Source of the DNA: Spirochaetia bacterium
GTDB lineage: Bacteria > Spirochaetota > Spirochaetia > SZUA-6 > Bin103
Length of the DNA: 64,000 nucleotides
Assembly: GCA_965203515.1 (NCBI GenBank)
Contig: OZ241907.1
Coordinates: forward strand, 3,232,001 to 3,296,000
Direction: 5' to 3'
This document shows positions 59,766 to 64,000 of the stretch, piece after piece (the stretch's first letter is position 1; every line of letters starts with the position of its first letter). The notes under the pieces were generated by a model, which did no database searches, had not been told where the DNA came from, and worked only from the letters and a program-made list of their open reading frames with translations. The position numbers and the translations under genes are program-made.

Positions 59766-61340
59766 TTACGAGCAGGTGTTGGCGGCGCCGGGCGTCGCCG
59801 TCATGGTGCGGAAGTCGGCGGCGTTGTCGTCGCTGTCGAAGCTGTTCGGGCAGCGGCCGATCGACTTCGAGGCGGCGTTGGCGTCGTCCGCCGGCGCCGG
59901 CGAGCCTTCGCCGGCGCCCGCAACGGCGCTTTCGTAGTGGACGGCGTCGACGACGCGACCGTCCGTCTTGGCCACGATGCGGACCGCGTCCGGGCCGTTC
60001 TGGATGCCGGACGACTTCAGCGTCACCTTCGTGATGGCGCCCGGCAGACCATCGGCGTCGAGGACCGCCTGGTCGGCGATCAGCAGGAACCCGCCGGCGG
60101 CCAGACTGCCGGTCGCTTCGTAGGTCTCATAGGGCACGTCGCCGGTGCCGTTGACCAGTTCGAACCGGTAGCCGGAGAGCGCGACCGGGGAGGTGCCGGG
60201 ATTGAGTATCTCGATGAACTCGGCGGTGTCCGTGCTGCCCGCCTGGTCGTAGTCGATCTCGTTGACGATCAGCGCCGCCTTCTGCGGCATGAGCGGGAGA
60301 TCGCGGAACAGGTTGGCCGGCACCGCCAGACTCGCCGTGGTGGTCAGGGAGTTGGCGTCGGTGACCGTGACCGACAGGGTGCCGGCGGTCGTCTGCGTAT
60401 AGCCTTTCAGGATCGTCGGATTCGTGGCCGAGTCCGTGAACGTGAACGTGCCGGTGACTCCGTCCGATTTGGTGAATGACCACGCGTACGTGAGCCCGGT
60501 GCCGGCGGCGGAGACGGCGGCGGTCCAGCGGACGCCGGCAGGGGTGCGCTTGCCGGTGAATCCCTGCACGACCGGTCCCAGGTTGGCGGTGAGGGACGAC
60601 GTCTGCACCCTGATCTGGAAGTCGACCTCGGCCCGATTGCCCTGCGCGTTCGTGATCGCGATCTGCGCGGTATACCAGCCGGGCACGGTCGGCGCGGCGT
60701 AGCTGCTGGTGATGGTCCCCGTGCCGGCCGCCAGGGTGGCGGTGCCCGAGCTTGGCGTGAACGCGCCGCCGCTCAGCTCCCACCCGATCTGCTCGGTGGT
60801 TCCCCCGGTCACGGTGATGCTGACGTTGGCCGCCACGCCGGCGGAGACGTTGCTGATGGTGATCCCGGAGACCGTCGGAAATCGATTGGCGACGCCGTCG
60901 TCGACCGCGGTGAGCCGGATCGTGATCGATTGGCCGGCGGTGGTGAGCGTGGCGGAGTGGGTCCCGCGGAAGATCACCACGTCGCCCTCGTCGCGCGCCT
61001 CCGCCGTGAACGTCAGCGGCGTGTTGAGGGTGAGGCCGGACACGGTTCCCACCCAGGCGCCGCCCGTCGACCGCGAGAGCGTGGCCTGGGCGAGCGGGTC
61101 CTGACGGACTCCCGATGCGTCATTGCCGGCGACGCTGATCGTCACGGAGTCGATGTCGGCGTGGCCTTTCCTGGCCGAGGCGACGCCGAGCGGGCCGGCC
61201 ACCCGCACCGTCACCGACGTGGTGCCCGAAGGGCCGTCCGGCGCGGCCAAGTTCATGAAATCCATGCATCCCATGAGGGACGCGGCGACCAGCGCGGCCA
61301 GCACGGCCACGCTGCGGCGAACGGAAGGTGAGTGCTTCAT
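59766..61340 (-). CDS. Lipoprotein with Ig-like beta domains and a C-terminal lamin-tail domain
   Basis: Lipobox LMGC; Thr-rich beta segments; VNEIDYDQ..EFIEILN..DSDDNAADF..TPG. Confidence 0.8.
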   Translation of the reverse strand: MKHSPSVRRSVAVLAALVAASLMGCMDFMNLAAPDGPSGTTSVTVRVAGPLGVASARKGHADIDSVTISVAGNDASGVRQDPLAQATLSRSTGGAWVGTVSGLTLNTPLTFTAEARDEGDVVIFRGTHSATLTTAGQSITIRLTAVDDGVANRFPTVSGITISNVSAGVAANVSITVTGGTTEQIGWELSGGAFTPSSGTATLAAGTGTITSSYAAPTVPGWYTAQIAITNAQGNRAEVDFQIRVQTSSLTANLGPVVQGFTGKRTPAGVRWTAAVSAAGTGLTYAWSFTKSDGVTGTFTFTDSATNPTILKGYTQTTAGTLSVTVTDANSLTTTASLAVPANLFRDLPLMPQKAALIVNEIDYDQAGSTDTAEFIEILNPGTSPVALSGYRFELVNGTGDVPYETYEATGSLAAGGFLLIADQAVLDADGLPGAITKVTLKSSGIQNGPDAVRIVAKTDGRVVDAVHYESAVAGAGEGSPAPADDANAASKSIGRCPNSFDSDDNAADFRTMTATPGAANTCS

Positions 61341-61372
61341 GCCTGAGATACCGCCGGCGCGTCCGCAGCGCT

Positions 61373-62053
61373 TCAATCGGCAGCCGGGTCGGCGCAGGCG
61401 TTGGCCGCTCCCGGCGTGGGCGTCATGGTCGCGAAGTCAGCGCCGTTGTCGTCGCTGTCGGAGCCGTCGGGACACCGCCCGATCGACGTCGGAACGGCGG
61501 TCGCGTCCTTGGGCGCCGGCCGGCCTTCCCCGACTCCGGGGACCGGGTCCCGGTAGTGGACGCTGTCGAGCGCCCGCCCGGTCGCGGCCTCGACGATGCG
61601 GATGCCGTCCGGCCCGTTTTGCAGGCCGCCGCTCTTGAGCGGCATCGCCGCCGTGCCGGCCGGCAGCGCGTCGATGACCGCCCGGTCGGCGATCACGAAG
61701 TACCCGCCGGCGGCCAGGCGGCCGGTCGTCGCGTAGGCGCCGTACCGGCGTCCGTTGGAGCCGTTGACCAGCTCGATGCGGTAGTCGGCCAGGTCGACGG
61801 CGGAGGCGTTCGGATTGACGATCTCCACGAACTCGGCGGTATCGGCGCCGGCCTGGTCGTAGTCGAACTCGTTGATCGTCAGCTTCGCCGCCGGCCGGCG
61901 CGGCGCGTCCGACTGCGCCCCCGCGGCGCCGGAGGCGGTCGATCCCGGCGTCGAGGTGGTCCCCGGAAAGTCCATGCATCCGCTCAGGGATGCGGCGGCC
62001 AGACTCGCTGCCAACGCGGCAACGACGATGCGAACCGAAAGAAGGTGTCTCAT
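61373..62053 (-). CDS. Lamin-tail domain lipoprotein (short paralog)
   Basis: Lipobox LSGC; INEFDYDQ..EFVEIVN..TPGAAN. Confidence 0.8.
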   Translation of the reverse strand: MRHLLSVRIVVAALAASLAAASLSGCMDFPGTTSTPGSTASGAAGAQSDAPRRPAAKLTINEFDYDQAGADTAEFVEIVNPNASAVDLADYRIELVNGSNGRRYGAYATTGRLAAGGYFVIADRAVIDALPAGTAAMPLKSGGLQNGPDGIRIVEAATGRALDSVHYRDPVPGVGEGRPAPKDATAVPTSIGRCPDGSDSDDNGADFATMTPTPGAANACADPAAD

Positions 62054-62155
62054 GCCGAAGCTACGGTCGCCGGCGCCGCCACGCTTCAATCGACCGCCCA
62101 GCCGGTCGAATCGTCTATGATCGGACGGGGAACGGATGGCGCTCGGGGAGGTGCG

Positions 62156-63313
62156 TCACGGATCGGGCCACGCCATCGCCTCGCCCCGGACGATGCGGGA
62201 GCGGCGTTCGTAGCGGCCGGGCCACTCGACCGGCAGGTCGCCGCGCTCGACCATCAGGCGGAGCGGGTTGACGAGCGTCTTCAGCGGCAGGTCGATGCGG
62301 CGCCGCTTCCGGGCCGACTCGAACAGCGCCATCATCACTTCCTGCACGGCCCGCCCGCGGTCGGCGCCGCTGATCGGCCGCTCGATGCGGCCCTCCACCC
62401 ACGCGATCGCCTCCTGGCACTGGCGGACCCACGGGTCGCGCCGGGGCGCCTCCACCGTCTGCCAACCGCCGGTCGCGGCGCCGAGGTAGCGCGCCGTGGC
62501 GATCTCGCAGTTGTAGCGGGTCGACGGACCCTCCGGCATGTACATAGGCGCGTCGGAGGGGAGCTCGGATTCCGGGGGAGTCGCGGTGCCGAGCTCCATG
62601 ATGCCGTCGGTGCCGACCACGCGCAGCGTCTGCGCGGCCGACGGGCTGCCGTGGATCAGGATGGTCGCCCCGTTGTCGCAGCCGGCGAGCGCCAGACAGG
62701 CATCCTCCGCCGGCAGGCCGCGCTCCACGTGGTCGGTGGTCCGCTCGACCGTACCGAGCACCCACTCGACCTCCGGCTCGTCCATGAGGAACAACGCCAA
62801 GCGGATGTTGTGCGAGTTGACGTTGAGCAGATTGCCGCCCTGCTCCACCGCCACCTGCGCCACCCGGCCGATCGCGCCGGCGCGGATCAGCTCCCGCGCG
62901 CGCAGCCACGCGGCGTGGTGCGGGCGCTGGTAGGCGATCAGCAGCTTGACGCCGTTGCGTTCGCAGGCGGTGAGCATGCGGTCCGCCTCGCCCAGATCGA
63001 CCGCCATCGGCTTCTGGCAGACGATCGCCTTGGGCCGCCGCGCCGCGGCGGCGATGACCATCTCCGCGTGCAGCGCGTGCCAGGAGCAGACGTCGACGAA
63101 GTCGGGGCGTTCGCGGTCGAGCATCTCCCGGTAGTCGGCGTAGCGATGGTCGCCGGGGACGCCGAAGAACTCCCCGAACTCCCGCCGGGCGTCGGCGTCG
63201 GTATCGGCGATCGCCGCGATGCCGGTCGGCCGGTCGGGAACGCCGAGCCAGCCGCGGGCGTGCACGCGAGCGATCATGCCGCAGGCGATGATCGCGGTAC
63301 GGTAGCGGGCCAT
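62156..63313 (-). CDS. Gfo/Idh/MocA family oxidoreductase
   Basis: IIACGMIA, DYREML, CQKPMA. Confidence 0.9.
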   Translation of the reverse strand: MARYRTAIIACGMIARVHARGWLGVPDRPTGIAAIADTDADARREFGEFFGVPGDHRYADYREMLDRERPDFVDVCSWHALHAEMVIAAAARRPKAIVCQKPMAVDLGEADRMLTACERNGVKLLIAYQRPHHAAWLRARELIRAGAIGRVAQVAVEQGGNLLNVNSHNIRLALFLMDEPEVEWVLGTVERTTDHVERGLPAEDACLALAGCDNGATILIHGSPSAAQTLRVVGTDGIMELGTATPPESELPSDAPMYMPEGPSTRYNCEIATARYLGAATGGWQTVEAPRRDPWVRQCQEAIAWVEGRIERPISGADRGRAVQEVMMALFESARKRRRIDLPLKTLVNPLRLMVERGDLPVEWPGRYERRSRIVRGEAMAWPDP

Positions 63314-63410
63314 GACGCGGCGATCATACGACGACCGGGGACCGGAATCCGGGACGGGATCGCGGCCCGGCTGTCGCGAATCGCTCCGGCCTGCATAATC
63401 GCCACCGCCC

Positions 63411-64000
63411 ATGGAGCTGTTCGCCACCGTCGCCGCCCTGTTGGCGGTCGCCGCCGCGCTCGCCTGGCTCAACGAACGGGTGATCGGCCTGCCCACCACC
63501 ATCGGCGTGATGCTGATCGCGTTGGCGATCTCCGTGGCGGCGCTGGTGCTGGGATCGCTGGGCGTGCTGTCGATCGCCGAGCGCGCCCGTGAGCTGGTGG
63601 CGGCGGCCGCCCTGGAAGAGACGCTGCTCGGCGGCATGCTCAGCTTCCTGCTGTTCGCCGGCGCCCTGCACGTCGATCTGGGCGACCTGCTCGACCGCTG
63701 GCTTGAGGTAGGGCTGTTCGCCACGCTGGGCGTGGTGGTCTCCACCGCGCTGGTGGCGCTGGCCGCGTACGCCGGCGCGCGCCTCCTGGGTCTGCCGATC
63801 GGCTTTGCGTATTGTCTGGTGTTCGGCGCGGTCGTGGCGCCGACCGACCCGGTGGCCGTGCTCGGCATCCTGCGGCAGAGCGGCGTCGGCGCCGGCCTGC
63901 GCGCCCTGATCGCCGGGGAGTCGTTGTTCAACGACGGCTTCGCCGTGGTGGTGTTCGCGACGGTCGCCGGGTTGGCGGCCGGCGCCGTGCAGCTCCACGC
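63411..64000 (+). CDS. Na+/H+ antiporter (CPA1), 3'-truncated by the window edge
   Basis: LPTTIGVM, LLFAGALH, PTDPVAV, GESLFNDG. Confidence 0.9.
   Translation, partial: MELFATVAALLAVAAALAWLNERVIGLPTTIGVMLIALAISVAALVLGSLGVLSIAERARELVAAAALEETLLGGMLSFLLFAGALHVDLGDLLDRWLEVGLFATLGVVVSTALVALAAYAGARLLGLPIGFAYCLVFGAVVAPTDPVAVLGILRQSGVGAGLRALIAGESLFNDGFAVVVFATVAGLAAGAVQLH

Overview
GC-rich bacterial chromosomal window. I saw no rRNA, tRNA, CRISPR array, integrase or reverse transcriptase, and the taxonomy cannot be fixed from this window. The left third (1-24.6 kb) is a surface-polysaccharide locus: methyltransferase, GT2, three GT4s, asnB and wzy, then wza-like and wzz-like export genes. It is flanked and split by a repeat-rich accessory island. 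The island holds five Rpn/YhgA-like PD-(D/E)XK genes of two N-terminal types plus two relics; each of the five has an internal Shine-Dalgarno + ATG that predicts a gene-within-a-gene C-terminal product. It also holds membrane-anchored VNTR coiled-coil genes with a promoter/leader module copied seven times in the window, a HigB / HigA-ImmA pair with a palindromic operator, a broken AAA-ATPase + nuclease pair, and pyrF. The remaining 39 kb is mostly metabolic and housekeeping: purH-like, gap, sucCD, coaD, valS, transporters, peptidases, a Mo-hydroxylase/AKR/GMC/GT1/GT32 operon, an S8 lipoprotein and two lamin-tail lipoproteins. Outside the island I found a candidate sRNA displaying an anti-Shine-Dalgarno loop (45.1 kb), three probable CTG-initiated coupled genes, a shared promoter motif, and a subtilase with a prodomain-like segment at its C-terminus. 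Family calls come from motif recognition, not database searches.
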